Counted from the whole stretch's first letter, positions 23,641 to 37,250 are shown. The stretch is 63,031 bases of DNA, filler included, from Octopus bimaculoides (GCF_001194135.2; 7 parts of 5 records of this genome joined end to end with filler, not necessarily neighbours in it), one strand, 5' to 3'. Numbers and translations: made by a program. Notes: generated by a model from the letters alone, not told the origin.

Positions 23641-24272
23641 CAACATATCCGTGCATGGTCTTCTGCTGATATATGCTCATCCTTTTGTCTGATTAACGTT
23701 GGGCACTCACAAGGCTTTGGTCGGCCCGAGACTATAGTAGAAGACACTTTCCCAAGGTGCCACGCAGCAGGAATGAACCTGGGACCATGTGGTTGGTTAT
23801 CAAGCTACTTACCACACAGCCACTCCTGCGCCTATATATATATATATATATACCTATTGATTTAGGGAAATTTTATTTCCCAAAAATATTAAGTATAGAA
23901 CCATTGTTTTCTTGGATGAAATCATCCCTTCAAGAGGTTAGTATATCTTCTAATTAACTTATATATATATATAGTTGAAATTTCTTATGTGTATGTATGT
24001 GTGTGTGTGTGCATATATGGGTACAGGACGTCACCAACTGTGTAAACAACATGAAATACGTAGAAAAACGAGTTCAATACGTAAACAACGTGAGAAAAAA
24101 ATGGTAAAACATATATACATATATACAATTTATGCATTATGAGTGTTCGCAAGTGTTACGTATCTATGTTTTATATGTGTATATCACGTATACATTATGG
24201 ATGTACCCTGTATAAACACACACACACAGATACACATATGTTCATATATGCATCTGTGTAGATATATATATA

Positions 24273-24360
<88 letters not shown>

Positions 24361-24814
24361 TATGTGTGTGTGTATGTATGTTTGTGTATATATATAGATA
24401 TATATATATATACACACACATATATATATATGTATGTATATCTATCTATCTATATATATATCTATATATATACATATATATATATACATTCATAGGTATG
24501 TAGTTATTTATGCAAGGATATATATTATATATATGATTATGGATGAGTTACTGGAAGATTTCTTTCATTTCTTTCATATTTATTACGATATATTATTGCG
24601 TCCGCTGTTTATTTAGTTTCACATACCGGCAAACGAACACCGTTAATGTTTTTTCTTTCATTTTTTGCCTATTGATCTACGCCATATATATGCTGAGTAT
24701 GTTACTAATACATGTATACAATATTTGCAATCAGCTTTACATTTATTTTCTCTGATATATATAATAATATTGTTGATAATTTACAAGTATATTCAGTTTT
24801 ACATTATTATAGTA

Positions 24815-24907
<93 letters not shown>

Positions 24908-25019
24908 TGTCTCTACCTCCTAAAGACTAGATTTCTTCCTCCAGAAATACAAAACATTTTTACTCTGAAGAATTAACAGCCTTCTATAAAAGTGGTATGT
25001 GGCCATATTGAATGTCACT

Positions 25020-25290
25020 CACACATCTAAGGTAGTGCTTCTACTGTTGCTAAACACACAGTCATTCCAAAAAGAATATTCAAGCATCGAGACATCGCAT
25101 CCTAAGTCCCGTTTCCTATACTCTACAAAAAGAAATATGCCGTCTCGTTGATTATCAAAGATTCATTCATTACTATGATACATCCATTGTTTCTATTTCT
25201 TCTTTCACCACTGCTCCAACAAATTCTGTACCTCTGAAGTAACAATCGTCTTCGTTGTTCTTCCATTCGAAGCGACCGTTGCATTCACAT
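25020..25290 (-). mobile_element. LINE AP-endonuclease relic
   Basis: Minus-strand YRICWSSGERRNRNNGCIIVMNESL resembles the APE motif Y..W.G.....NGVG.I. Several stops. Confidence 0.55.
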
Positions 25291-25825
25291 CTTTCATCAT
25301 ACTAACTGGAAACCCGCACTAGATCTCGAATTAGGACCAGTATTAAACACTTTGGTCAAATATTTTTTCCCAGGGCTGCAGCTGCCTGAGAGTATGTCGC
25401 TATCTACGTAAGTGTTGTTGTTACTATTTGGCAATATGTTAGCCCAAACCAAGCGGGGTTATCATTAAAGGCGCTCCAGCCGTGATCAACCTGTTCTTTT
25501 TTTATATAAAATACGAATGTTTGATCGTTTGGCTGTTTATATGATATTTCTCGATTCGAATTTTGCAATTATATGTTCTGCTTGTAGGTATTCACTACAT
25601 ATTTTCCTTCTTTTTATTTCTCCGACAAAGTTTCATTATTTAGCAACAGATTTAACACCACCAAAACCACAATGGGAGTTCCTATGTGATCGTCAGTCTA
25701 CATGGCAGAGAATATATCCTGTTCTGAGGGAGGATACATATCATTTCCAGTAATTTTTTTTTTTTTTTGTCATCACAGTTAATGTCATACCGAATTACTG
25801 TCCCCTGTGTTGAATACTTTAGTCT

Positions 25826-25866
<41 letters not shown>

Positions 25867-27359
25867 GTGTGTGTGTGTGTGTGTGTTTATCATGACTTGG
25901 GGATCAACGATTTAGTGGAAGCTATTCTATTCTGATTATAATATTTTGCAGATTTGAAATTTGGGGCATTAAAAAGAACTATATCTGGATATCATTTGAA
26001 CATGTCAATGGAAAAATCTAGTTTAAGTTCCTTAGTCATTTTAGAAGGTACGCAGCAATAAAAATTTAATGAAATTAGTTGTCTAGAGATGCCATCCGCA
26101 TTATGTAGGTAATTGTCAAGTTAATGTCAACGTATTTAACTATAGCGAACATTAAAAATTTAATTAGAAATATTTATGCGTTGAGAAAGACTCATTAACT
26201 CAATTACTAATATTATGTGAGCTAATGAGTATTACTAACTTGATTTTAATGCTCGCTATATTATATGTATTTAAGACTAATTTAGCTATTCATAGTCATG
26301 CAGTGAGCATATCTGAGTTATTACATGGAGCCAACTTCGCTGTTGTTAGGCTTGGTTGATTTGTTGCTTTTGGGTTAAGCCTGCCATGAAGACAAACTTC
26401 GATCGAAGTGTCTGAAAACTCAATGGTTCTAGATGAGCTCTACTAAATTCAGATGCCGATGCTTCAACTAAGGATGATTCCAGATCACTTTCCATCCTTT
26501 CTTCTGTCTGAAGAGGCAATTGATAAGGATGGAGCATTACTCAGAGCACAACATAAGAAGTTCCTCCTTTTTAAGTTTGACATTCTCGCGTAATGTTTGT
26601 CTAAAACAACACGTCATTTCTTCACTTCTTATCCAGCGTCGGCCATGATATCGCCCATTCATATCAGCCTACCACTCTGAGATACACTGAATATGATAAA
26701 TAATAGCAGTTGGTTCTTGGTCTAGTTTGTCTAAATTACTGTTTTATGATAAAGCCATCACAGACAGATGCCACTGCTCTACTAGTTTCCCACCCAAAAA
26801 GAATACGTTCCCCATACACACAATATTGTAATATTTTAGCAATCAATGTCATTAAGAGCAATTACAAAGGCGTTGTGTCCAAGTCCGATGTCACGAGCAC
26901 AGCGTACCAGTCATGTTGAGTGGTCCGTCCTCTATCTAGCAAACTCTTAATATTCTGTTAATCTGGTTGCCGACGTTAGTTTTAAAAGAATGACGTGGTA
27001 ATATAGCAACCTATTACTGGCTGTCCAGCATGGCTAAAGAATCAGACGACGAGAAAGAAAATTGGAATCTTCTTTTCTGAAAATCACAGTAGTGAGCAAC
27101 TCGACTCGTGTTTTAGTACATTGTGTATAAGCATGTGCTCATGTATGTTTGTTTGTGCGTGTGCATGTGTGGTTATATATAAACACACACACACGTATAT
27201 ACACACACACACACACACGTATACACACACACGCACACANNNNNNNNNNNNNNNNNNNNNNNNNNNNNNNNNNNNNNNNNNNNNNNNNNNNNNNNNNNNN
27301 NNNNNNNNNNNNNNNNNNNNNNNNNNNNNNNNNNNNNNNNNNNNNNNNNNNNNNNNNNN

Positions 27360-27400
<41 letters not shown>

Positions 27401-27599
27401 TAGCTGTCTATTCCTTATGCAGAGTCTGACCACTTCTCGTACTAACACCTTAGATCCATCATGGTGTCTGATGTGGCTTTTTAAATCAGACAATGTATTG
27501 AAAAGCCTACATAGATTGCATATCTGATATAGACAACCAAAAGCTGCAGTTAATTTCTGATCTTTGCGGATCTTAAAATGTCTTTTGAGGCCCCCGTTA

Positions 27600-28480
27600 G
27601 ATTTGCAGACCTTATGTCATACACAGCATTGAAAGGTGTGCATAGATATATAGTCAGAGTAGTTAATAGAGGTTCGTTTTTCATGGGTCCCCAAATGTGA
27701 TTTGAGTCCAGCAAAAGAAAGGCATGATCTGTCACAAACTGTGAACACAAAAAGGTCCCTGAGATTCACCTCAATCGCAACATTCTTCTTTAAATCTTTC
27801 TTGAATTTTGCATGTGTCATTCTGGCCACCTAAAAAGCTTTCAATCCACTCCACACTTTTGTTCGCTATCCAACTCGATCCGAAGCAAGGGTTTCTATGG
27901 CCTTTGAATCAATTCCAAGTGACTTATTGTAGTCCTTATGCCGTCCTTAAACCTCTTTTTACGTTTACATCGATCTCGCTTCCCTCTGCAAGCTCGCCAT
28001 AAAGCAGCTGCTTGGGTGTGCATTCATCCGCCATTCGAACAATATGGCCAAACCATCTCATTTGATTTGTTCAGAATCATTGATTTAATTGAAGTCATGC
28101 CTGCAGATGCAAAGACGTCTGTGTCTGGAGAAAAAAAGTCCCATTTAATGTTTAAAATGCGGCGAAGGCATTTTTGGTGGAATCGTTCTCACAATTTGAA
28201 ATATCTTTCATAACACACTCATGATTCAGAAGAATACACCAGAGATAATAAAACAAACGATTTGTAAAGAGCCAATTGTATGTTGTTATTTATATGTCGT
28301 TGGCGTCAAACACGTGACACCAAACCATCAAATGCTTTGAATTCGCAGATGTAGTTCTGTGTCCAGATTTCCATAGTTTTTTTGGAGCTTCCGAGGTAGA
28401 TGAAAGAGTCAACAACCTCAAGTAACTTACCCGTAACGAAAATTTTAGTGGGGTTGCAAACAGCATCACGTGCAGTTTGA
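27600..28480 (-). mobile_element. RTE-clade LINE 3' fragment, decayed
   Basis: GKLLEVVDSFIYLGSS, GELAEG...KRFKD, and C-terminal zinc finger CDRSCLSFAGLKSHLGTH. Confidence 0.8.
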
Positions 28481-28965
28481 TACATTACAACTGCTTTTTT
28501 TTTTTTTTTTTCAANNNNNNNNNNNNNNNNNNNNNNNNNNNNNNNNNNNNNNNNNNNNNNNNNNNNNNNNNNNNNNNNNNNNNNNNNNNNNNNNNNNNNN
28601 NNNNNNNNNNNNNNNNNNNNNNNNNNNNNNNNNNNNNNNNNNNNNNNNNNNNNNNNNNNNNNNNNNNNNNNNNNNNNNNNNNNNNNNNNNNNNNNNNNNN
28701 NNNNNNNNNNNNNNNNNNNNNNNNNNNNNNNNNNNNNNNNNNNNNNNNNNNNNNNNNNNNNNNNNNNNNNNNNNNNNNNNNNNNNNNNNNNNNNNNNNNN
28801 NNNNNNNNNNNNNNNNNNNNNNNNNNNNNNNNNNNNNNNNNNNNNNNNNNNNNNNNNNNNNNNNNNNNNNNNNNNNNNNNNNNNNNNNNNNNNNNNNNNN
28901 NNNNNNNNNNNNNNNNNNNNNNNNNNNNNNNNNNNNNNNNNNNNNNNNNNNNNNNNNNNNNNNNN

Positions 28966-29520
28966 AGTACCCTGATGACATTTTTGGAAAGCAGTTAATC
29001 ACATGTGTGATGTCTTCCATAGAAATATGACATAATCTACATTTTTTTATTGCATTTTGGAGCATCCAACGGTTTTGCTGTCTCTTGTTTATTAGGTATT
29101 TCGTAGCAATCTCCTGTCTTTGAAGTGTAATGTTATGTAGCGGTCACTAGTCCAAGAGAGGCTACGCTTCATGTCAATATTGCCGTCTTCTTCAAGTCTT
29201 CGGGAAACATACCCATACATAGCTTTTCTCATTTTTTTTTTATATATGCTGAGCGTTTCACATCCAGGTCTTCTTTGAGTTATGTTAATATGGCTGTTTT
29301 GGAGTTGTATGGGCAGTCATCGGGAAGAGAGTGTTTCTTGAGAAGCTCGCTGCCGACACGTAGGATACTGTTCTCTTCACATTTCACCACTAAGTTAATG
29401 TATTTGTTTTGCTACTGTTGTTTAGGAAATGTGGTTTGAGAGAGTCTATACAACATTCGAAAGCTGTCTGCACTGATCACAAGTTTCTTCTTAGGCAAAG
29501 CCTGTCGATATCACTATTTC
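28966..29520 (-). mobile_element. R4/Dong-clade LINE fragment
   Basis: KKCRLCHISMEDITHVINCFPKMSSGY, related to 22850-23640. Runs into a gap. Confidence 0.7.
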
Positions 29521-30530
29521 TGTGGAGCTTTCCAGCTAATGTCAGCATCATGCGGTTTCTAACGTTTATGTATGTATGTATGTATGTATGTATGTATGTA
29601 TGTATCGTCATTGCAATTTCCAGGAGAGGCGATCACAGTGCCGTGAAACTCGAGTCGCAACATAAAAAAAAATCGGTTTCCATAAGACAACATACTCTAC
29701 AATGTATATTAAGCACCTCTATTATTCATTCTATACAATTATACAATTCAACTTACGCATACATATACATCCACCCATACATACATGCATGCATGCATGC
29801 ATACATACATACATACATACATACATACATACATGCACTTAGAAGCTATCGACTCGACCAACAGAAACCACAGTGGCTACTACATTAAATAAGGTAAGTA
29901 CTAACAAAATATATTAGTTATCGCTTTAGTTATTCATTATTCTTTCATGTTATTAATATCTCTAACTGGCAACGTTGTCAGTAATGACAAACTCAAATTG
30001 CTTCAGGATATTTCCCTTCTCATTTATAATACTGTTTGGTTTTCATTTATTGCCATTGTTATTTCTCGCCCCCTCAAATAATTTATGTGGATTACACTAT
30101 AACTAATGTCTCCACGTATTCATATCTAATTATAAAGATTATATGGGTTATTGCTTTAATTTGTTTGTTCTTCTTTGTTTTTGTTATTTTATTTGCTTTG
30201 TTATTTTTTTTTGTTTTTTTATTTCTTTTTTCAAATGAATGACCGTTTGATATCATAGAATATGAGATATTTACTTATATGCTCCCATATACACGTCTAT
30301 ATGTGTTCGCGTATGTGCATATGTGTGTGTGTGTGTGTGCGTGCGCGCGCGTGTGTGTGTGTGCGTGTGTGTATGTGTGTGTGCGTGTGCGTTCCAGCGC
30401 ATATATGTGTGTACGGATATATATATGTGGATGAGTTTGTGTGCATATTTTAATACACACATACATATAATATATATGTGTGTGTAAGTGCGTATATACG
30501 TATATGTCAGTGTGTATGTATATATTTATC

Positions 30531-30563
<33 letters not shown>

Positions 30564-30663
30564 NNNNNNNNNNNNNNNNNNNNNNNNNNNNNNNNNNNNN
30601 NNNNNNNTTAATTAATTAANNNNNNNNNNNNNNNNNNNNNNNNNNNNNNNNNNNNNNNNNNNN

Positions 30664-30880
30664 GAAGAAGAAGAAGAAGAAGAAGAAGAAGAAGAAGAAA
30701 AAGAAGAAGAAGGAGAAGAAGAAGAAGAAGAAGAAGAAGAAGAAAAAGAAGAAGAAGAAGAAGAAGAAGGAGAAGAAGAAGAAGGAGAAGAAGAAGAAGG
30801 AGAAGAAGAAGAAGAAGGAAAAGAATTGGAAGAAGAAGAAGGAAGAGGAGAAGAAGAAGAAGAAGGATGATGATGATAAT
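30664..30880. repeat. (GAA)n microsatellite
   Basis: Direct reading. Confidence 0.95.
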
Positions 30881-31130
30881 TTTTTTATTTGCTACCAGGA
30901 TGAAGGATGGGAGGGACAATACAAGGACAGATAAAACGTGGGCGTTTAGAGATAGTGGAATGATAAAAGGGAAATAGGAAGGAGGAGTATACACGGTATA
31001 CATTAAAAGAAGTGAAGTACACATAGTATACGCAGTTAGCAAGGAAAAAAACGTGATAGCGATGGGGCCCTCCTGATACAGGCGGACCTCTAGAGGTGAT
31101 CCTCTCCAACTCACAGCGGTACCATCCACT
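30880..31130 (-). mobile_element. LINE 3' end/tail (same family as 12925-13085)
   Basis: Ends GCAAATAAAA followed by a (CAT)/(CTT)n tail on the minus strand. Aligns with 12925-13085. Confidence 0.65.
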
Positions 31131-31214
31131 CTTACACTTACCTTTTCATAAATTCATTTGAGGATAGAACCTTCCACTCCACCCTCATTTTCTTTTTCAA
31201 GTCAAACTAAAATA

Positions 31215-31414
31215 AGTCGATGAGGGCTTTACCAAACAGGAATATTTCTTATTTACATTGATTACATTATTTACATTTGATGGGTATTTATCCTCATCTT
31301 GTTTGTTGTTAACACACCACTTTGGCTAATATACACTCCAGCCTTCATCAGGTATCTTGGGGAAATTTCGAACCTGGGTTCTCATTCCTAAGGTATTTTT
31401 CGATGTTATCATCA

Positions 31415-31415
<1 letters not shown>
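31215..31415 (-). mobile_element. Short element with decayed hammerhead motif (31311-31356)
   Basis: Minus strand GATAC-CTGATGA-A-GGCTG-GAGTGTATAT-TAGCC-AAAGTGGT-GTGTT. Confidence 0.55.
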
Positions 31416-31447
<32 letters not shown>

Positions 31448-31448
<1 letters not shown>

Positions 31449-31536
31449 GGCCAACGCCTGGAATCGAACTCGAAATTTTGGGGTTAGTAGCCCGCGCTAC
31501 TAACCACCACGCCATATACCCACGGGCATATGGCGT
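31448..31536 (-). mobile_element. tRNA-like SINE head preceded by a near-perfect palindrome
   Basis: Minus strand GGCGTGGTGG...GGGCTACTAACCCC...GAGTTCGATTCCAGG. ACGCCATAT/ATATGGCGT arms at 31509-31536. Confidence 0.6.
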
Positions 31537-31817
31537 AGGAATATTTCTGTCCTCATTCCGTTTAGCCTCATCCACCAGGCAACCTATTTCGCTACAGTCA
31601 CCAGGTAAAGGAAAACTGCCTTGCATGCCCAATTAAAGGAGGGATGCGGGACAATCATCACTATGGACTTGGCTGACAGACGGATCCGTTCCACATATGA
31701 TAGCAGTTGTTTGACACAAGTCAGCAATGTCCTGACACTGAANNNNNNNNNNGATTGTGATGATGATGATGATGATGATGATTGTGATGATGATGATGAT
31801 GATTGTGATGATGGTGA

Positions 31818-31851
<34 letters not shown>

Positions 31852-31924
31852 GGTGGTGATGATGTTGATGATGATGGTGATGATGATGATGATGTAGCTT
31901 TTGTTTAGGTTCGTGTCATTCCTA

Positions 31925-32100
31925 ATTGAACCTAGCTACGATCAAAGGCGATCCAAATGCGGTTCTCCCATTCATTTTTCAGTCATGATCAGTCTAGCAC
32001 TACGTCATCGATTGTATTTCTCCTTTCATTTGTTTCGATGGCCGGATGTGATTTCAAGGAGTTTCGGCAGCTTTTTCTAGCAAGTCGAGTAACCATGGAA
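31925..32100 (+). repeat. Unclassified interspersed repeat (related pieces at about 2060-2200, 25430-25500, 43440-43610, 54790-54860)
   Basis: Recurrent ..ATCAAAGGC..TCCA.. and GCT..TT(T/C)CTAGCA.G..G.G..ACC motifs. Confidence 0.5.
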
Positions 32101-32244
32101 AGTTATTGCTGTTGATGTTAGTACTGTTGCCGTCGTTTTTATTGGAGTTGTTCTTGTTGCAGATGTAAAGATATCTAAACATTTGTGAAATATATGCATC
32201 GCTGTGAAGGTGCATTATAACTCAATTATACACAGAGATACCGG

Positions 32245-32640
32245 TGGCGGTGCAATGGCCCAGTGGTTAGAGCAGCGGATTCGCGGTCATAGGATCGCGG
32301 TTTCGATTCCCAGACCGGGCGTTGTGAGTGTTTATTGACCGAAAACACCTAAAGCTCCACGAGGCTCCGGCAGGGTATGGTGGCGAACCCTGCTGTACTC
32401 CTTCACCACAACTTTCTCTCACTCTTGCTTCCTGTTTCTGTTGTGCCTGTAATTCAAAGGGGTCAGCCTTGTCACACTGTGTCACGCTGAAGATCCCCGA
32501 GAACTACGTTAAGGGAACACGTGTCTGTGGAGTGCTCAGCCACTTGCACGTTAATTTAACGAGCAGGCTGTTCTGTTGATCGGATCAAATGGAACCCTCG
32601 ACGTCGTAAGCGACGGAGTGCCAACAACAACAACAACACA
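32245..32640 (+). mobile_element. tRNA-derived SINE, family C, full length
   Basis: GGCGGTGCAATGGCCCAGTGG...GTTTCGATTCC head, (CAA)n tail. Colinear with 19567-19942. Confidence 0.9.
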
Positions 32641-32851
32641 GAAATACCAACTTTTCTTCTCGAAAATATTTTTTAAATATTAGTCATTAAAACAATATTA
32701 CCCTCAAATCACAATATTTCTAATTAGATAAACAACTATCATCAATTCTGTTCAACCTTTATGGAATGCCACAATCAAAGGCGACTTAGCCTCAGAAAAA
32801 GGAACCAACATTTCGACCATACTTCTATTCAGTTGCTCTATTGGCACTTAG

Positions 32852-32898
<47 letters not shown>

Positions 32899-34222
32899 GT
32901 GTATGTGTGTGTGTTTGTGTGTGTTAAACAATAAAAAGTACTATTTGGTTTGTGATAGTTCCTTATTTCAGTATTGTATTTAATGGCAACACTGACATTT
33001 TTTTTTTTAATGCAAAAATGAATTTCTACTTAAGAAAAACCTCGATGTGATAGAAAATTCATGAGTTCATTNNNNNNNNNNNNNNNNNNNNNNNNNNNNN
33101 NNNNNNNNNNNNNNNNNNNNNNNNNNNNNNNNNNNNNNNNNNNNNNNNNNNNNNNNNNNNNNNNNNNNNNNNNNNNNNNNNNNNNNNNNNNNNNNNNNNN
33201 NNNNNNNNNNNNNNNNNNNNNNNNNNNNNNNNNNNNNNNNNNNNNNNNNNNNNNNNNNNNNNNNNNNNNNNNNNNNNNNNNNNNNNNNNNNNNNNNNNNN
33301 NNNNNNNNNNNNNNNNNNNNNNNNNNNNNNNNNNNNNNNNNNNNNNNNNNNNNNNNNNNNNNNNNNNNNNNNNNNNNNNNNNNNNNNNNNNNNNNNNNNN
33401 NNNNNNNNNNNNNNNNNNNNNNNNNNNNNNNNNNNNNNNNNNNNNNNNNNNNNNNNNNNNNNNNNNNNNNNNNNNNNNNNNNNNNNNNNNNNNNNNNNNN
33501 NNNNNNNNNNNNNNNNNNNNNNNNNNNNNNNNNNNNNNNNNNNNNNNNNNNNNNNNNNNNNNNNNNNNNNNNNNNNNNNNNNNNNNNNNNNNNNNNNNNN
33601 NNNNNNNNNNNNNNNNNNNNNNNNNNNNNNNNNNNNNNNNNNNNNNNNNNNNNNNNNNNNNNNNNNNNNNNNNNNNNNNNNNNNNNNNNNNNNNNNNNNN
33701 NNNNNNNNNNNNNNNNNNNNNNNNNNNNNNNNNNNNNNNNNNNNNNNNNNNNNNNNNNNNNNNNNNNNNNNNNNNNNNNNNNNNNNNNNNNNNNNNNNNN
33801 GGGGAGAGAGAGAGGGAGAGAGAGGGGAGAGAGATAGGGAGAGAGAGGGGAGAGAGAGAGGGAGAGAGAGGGGAGAGAGCGAGAAATGGAATCCGGTGGT
33901 TATGCTTGAAAAATAGTCTTGTGTTTACTTCATGAAGCATTCTTAGTTTAAATGATAATTCTTTCAGTGAGTTAATACTATTCACCGCAGTAGGTTACCA
34001 ACTAAATAACAGAATAGAAAACAATGTCACTTAAATTTTGAATGATAGACGCTGCAATATCTTAAACTGTTATTTGTTTGTGTGTGTGTGTGTGTGTGTG
34101 TGGAAAGAAAGCTAACCAGAAGATACAACAAAGCGTTTCCCAAACATTTTTGTTTGCACCACGAGCCGGATGCAAATCACAAAGCACGTAGTATATAATT
34201 TAATTACTCCATATGTAATACA

Positions 34223-35058
34223 AAGCAAATATATAATATAAAACAAATATATAATATAAAGCAAATATATAATATAAAGCAAATATATAATATAAAGCAA
34301 ATATATAATATAAAGCAAATATATAATATAAAACAAATATATAATATAAGGCAAATATATAATATAAAACANNNNNNNNNNNNNNNNNNNNNNNNNNNNN
34401 NNNNNNNNNNNNNNNNNNNNNNNNNNNNNNNNNNNNNNNNNNNNNNNNNNNNNNNNNNNNNNNNNNNNNNNNNNNNNNNNNNNNNNNNNNNNNNNNNNNN
34501 NNNNNNNNNNNNNNNNNNNNNNNNNNNNNNNNNNNNNNNNNNNNNNNNNNNNNNNNNNNNNNNNNNNNNNNNNNNNNNNNNNNNNNNNNNNNNNNNNNNN
34601 NNNNNNNNNNNNNNNNNNNNNNNNNNNNNNNNNNNNNNNNNNNNNNNNNNNNNNNNNNNNNNNNNNNNNNNNNNNNNNNNNNNNNNNNNNNNNNNNNNNN
34701 NNNNNNNNNNNNNNNNNNNNNNNNNNNNNNNNNNNNNNNNNNNNNNNNNNNNNNNNNNNNNNNNNNNNNNNNNNNNNNNNNNNNNNNNNNNNNNNNNNNN
34801 NNNNNNNNNNNNNNNNNNNNNNNNNNNNNNNNNNNNNNNNNNNNNTATAATATAAAGCAAATATATAATATAAAACAAATATATAATATAAGGCAAATAT
34901 ATAATATAAAACAAATATATAATATAAAGCAAATATATAATATAAAGCAAATATATAATATAAAGCAAATATATAATATAAAACAAATATATAATATAAA
35001 ACAAATATATAATATAAAGCAGATATATAATATAAAGCAAATATATAATATAAAGCAA
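34223..35058. repeat. 18-bp minisatellite (G/A)CAAATATATAATATAAA, gap inside
   Basis: Head-to-tail units on both sides of the N run. Confidence 0.95.
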
Positions 35059-35129
35059 AAACACTGAATATTTCAATAGTCAATAAAATAGAAATAAAAC
35101 GGAAAAATGTATTGTTTCTGTGTAGCCAG

Positions 35130-35760
35130 GTACCGAATGATGCTCAGAACGGTATGGAGTTTTTGAGGTCCGGTGGTTGGGGATCTTTGATGTAATTGAT
35201 GGAAATGACAAAATAGTATTTGATTAAGGCGTCAAGGGGGTGATTTCTAGCAATCTTTGAGAGTAAAATAGATAAGAGGATGACAAATAACCAGGTCACT
35301 TCATAAAAATGTAGAATATAATCACAGTGTATCAAAATACGGTGGTCGGTGCAAGTTGAACGTTAAAAACAAGTCATGGAAAAAATTACTGCAATAATTT
35401 TTGAAAAAGTTTCGGTTTTCATACACATGAAAGAAGTTTGGCCATTTTGTCGGACCAGAAGAAATGAAAGTCCTTGACAAAAGAGGAAGTGAGTTTACTT
35501 GGAGGACTTCCGATATTCAAATAAAAGAAGAATAGAGAGAACATAACTAGATATCGAAGTTGTAGATAAGAAAGTGTGTCTTGTGATCAACAAGTAGTGG
35601 TGCAAACTTGAAGCACGAATACTATTTAATGGTGAACAAAGAAATTAACAAGGTCGTAAAGTTACTAATTGTCAAGGGGTCATAGAAACTGTGATGACAG
35701 ATTTGTGGAGTACACTTTGGAAATGTAGGTTTTAATCTTGGAGCGGATACATTACATAAA
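35130..35760 (-). mobile_element. Possible Penelope-like element RT relic, heavily decayed
   Basis: Minus-strand fragments LRPC*FLCSPLNSI, SQDTLSYL, FDI*LCSLYSS and NHP...NSIPF loosely match PLE motifs RPIVS..SP, DT..FL, D..SLY and HP...SIP. Confidence 0.3.
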
Positions 35761-35872
35761 TTCTATTTAGTGTATCCATTAAAGTTTATTGCAAAAGTCC
35801 TCGATACAAAGTAAGAACATATTTGAACATATCTGAATAGCATCAAAGTACGTCCAAAGGAGTGAGTGAGAG

Positions 35873-35917
<45 letters not shown>

Positions 35918-35922
35918 CAGAG

Positions 35923-35953
<31 letters not shown>

Positions 35954-36501
35954 GCAAATCTTATCCTTTCGATAGAAAACATCATTAAATCGGCTACAAC
36001 ATCAATATCGTAACATGATGATGATAATAATANNNNNNNNNNNNNNNNNNNNNNNNNNNNNNNNNNNNNNNNNNNNNNNNNNNNNNNNNNNNNNNNNNNN
36101 NNNNNNNNNNNNNNNNNNNNNNNNNNNNNNNNNNNNNNNNNNNNNNNNNNNNNNNNNNNNNNNNNNNNNNNNNNNNNNNNNNNNNNNNNNNNNNNNNNNN
36201 NNNNNNNNNNNNNNNNNNNNNNNNNNNNNNNNNNNNNNNNNNNNNNNNNNNNNNNNNNNNNNNNNNNNNNNNNNNNNNNNNNNNNNNNNNNNNNNNNNNN
36301 NNNNNNNNNNNNNNNNNNNNNNNNNNNNNNNNNNNNNNNNNNNNNNNNNNNNNNNNNNNNNNNNNNNNNNNNNNNNNNNNNNNNNNNNNNNNNNNNNNNN
36401 NNNNNNNNNNNNNNNNNNNNNNNNNNNNNNNNNNNNNNNNNNNNNNNNNNNNNNNNNNNNNNNNNNNNNNNNNNNNNNNNNNNNNNNNNNNNNNNNNNNN
36501 N

Positions 36502-36747
36502 AGACAACCCTTATTCAGGGACCTTTTAAGTGGGATGGGCTACTCGACCTGAAAGAATTCTAACTGGGCCCCACCTCCGATGTCATGCGCTGTTCATCTT
36601 GATATGAGATCACCATGTTATGCACATATGGTTGTGATGCATGTGCCTGGTGTACCCTTATCAGACGGGTAGTCATTATGCGTATATTGGGCTTCGTATA
36701 TTTTACCCCAGTGTCATTTTGATGGCATGCACTGTTCTCTCACTCAG

Positions 36748-36748
<1 letters not shown>
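36502..36748 (+). mobile_element. Unclassified retroposon-like repeat (sister of 13913-14215)
   Basis: Alignment by eye; (GAT)n(AAT)n tail. Confidence 0.7.
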
Positions 36749-36778
<30 letters not shown>

Positions 36779-37039
36779 AATAATAATAATATTCCAAAAT
36801 TGAAGTTATTGTTCACGAACGTAAAGAAGCAATAAGAAGAGCGTGACTGTTATTGGTAATAAATTAGAGATTGACTGTGTTTATTAAAATGAAAATGAAA
36901 CGAATGAACAATATTTCGATATTCCGTGTGTCTTTTACAAGTTCAAAATATAAAATAAAATGAAACTCAAAGATAGGAAACGGTGAAACATGGAAAATTA
37001 AACCGGAATAACTGCGGTTATATATAATATATATGTCTG

Positions 37040-37250
37040 TATTTGTGTGTTCGTGTCTGTCCTCCTACCATCGCTTGATAACCGATGTTGGTGTGTTAAC
37101 GTCTGCGTAGCCTAGCGGTTCGGCAAAAGATACTGATAGAGTAAGTACTAAGCTTTCAATGTATAAATCCCGGGGCCAATTTATTGGACTAAATGTAGTG
37201 CTCCAGCTAGCCGCAATCAAATGACTGAAACAAGTGAAGAATAAAAGAAT
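37040..37250 (+). mobile_element. SINE family B tail half
   Basis: CGCTTGATAACCGATGTTGG...GCCGCAATCAAATGACTGAAACAAG. Confidence 0.8.

Noticed and set aside
26396-26409. 14-bp perfect palindrome ACTTCGATCGAAGT within an ORF-like region (26346-26537)
   Set aside because: Isolated, with no recognisable ribozyme core or protein family. All frames have stops, and one such palindrome can occur by chance.
32245-32320. tRNA-like sequences (also 16017, 19567, 20582, 59530)
   Set aside because: A/B boxes are present, but the acceptor stems are broken and run into SINE bodies. They are SINE heads, not tRNA genes.
34223-35058. Regular 18-bp array, CRISPR-like at first glance
   Set aside because: Head-to-tail units with no unique spacers, in a eukaryotic context with no cas genes. 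It is a minisatellite.
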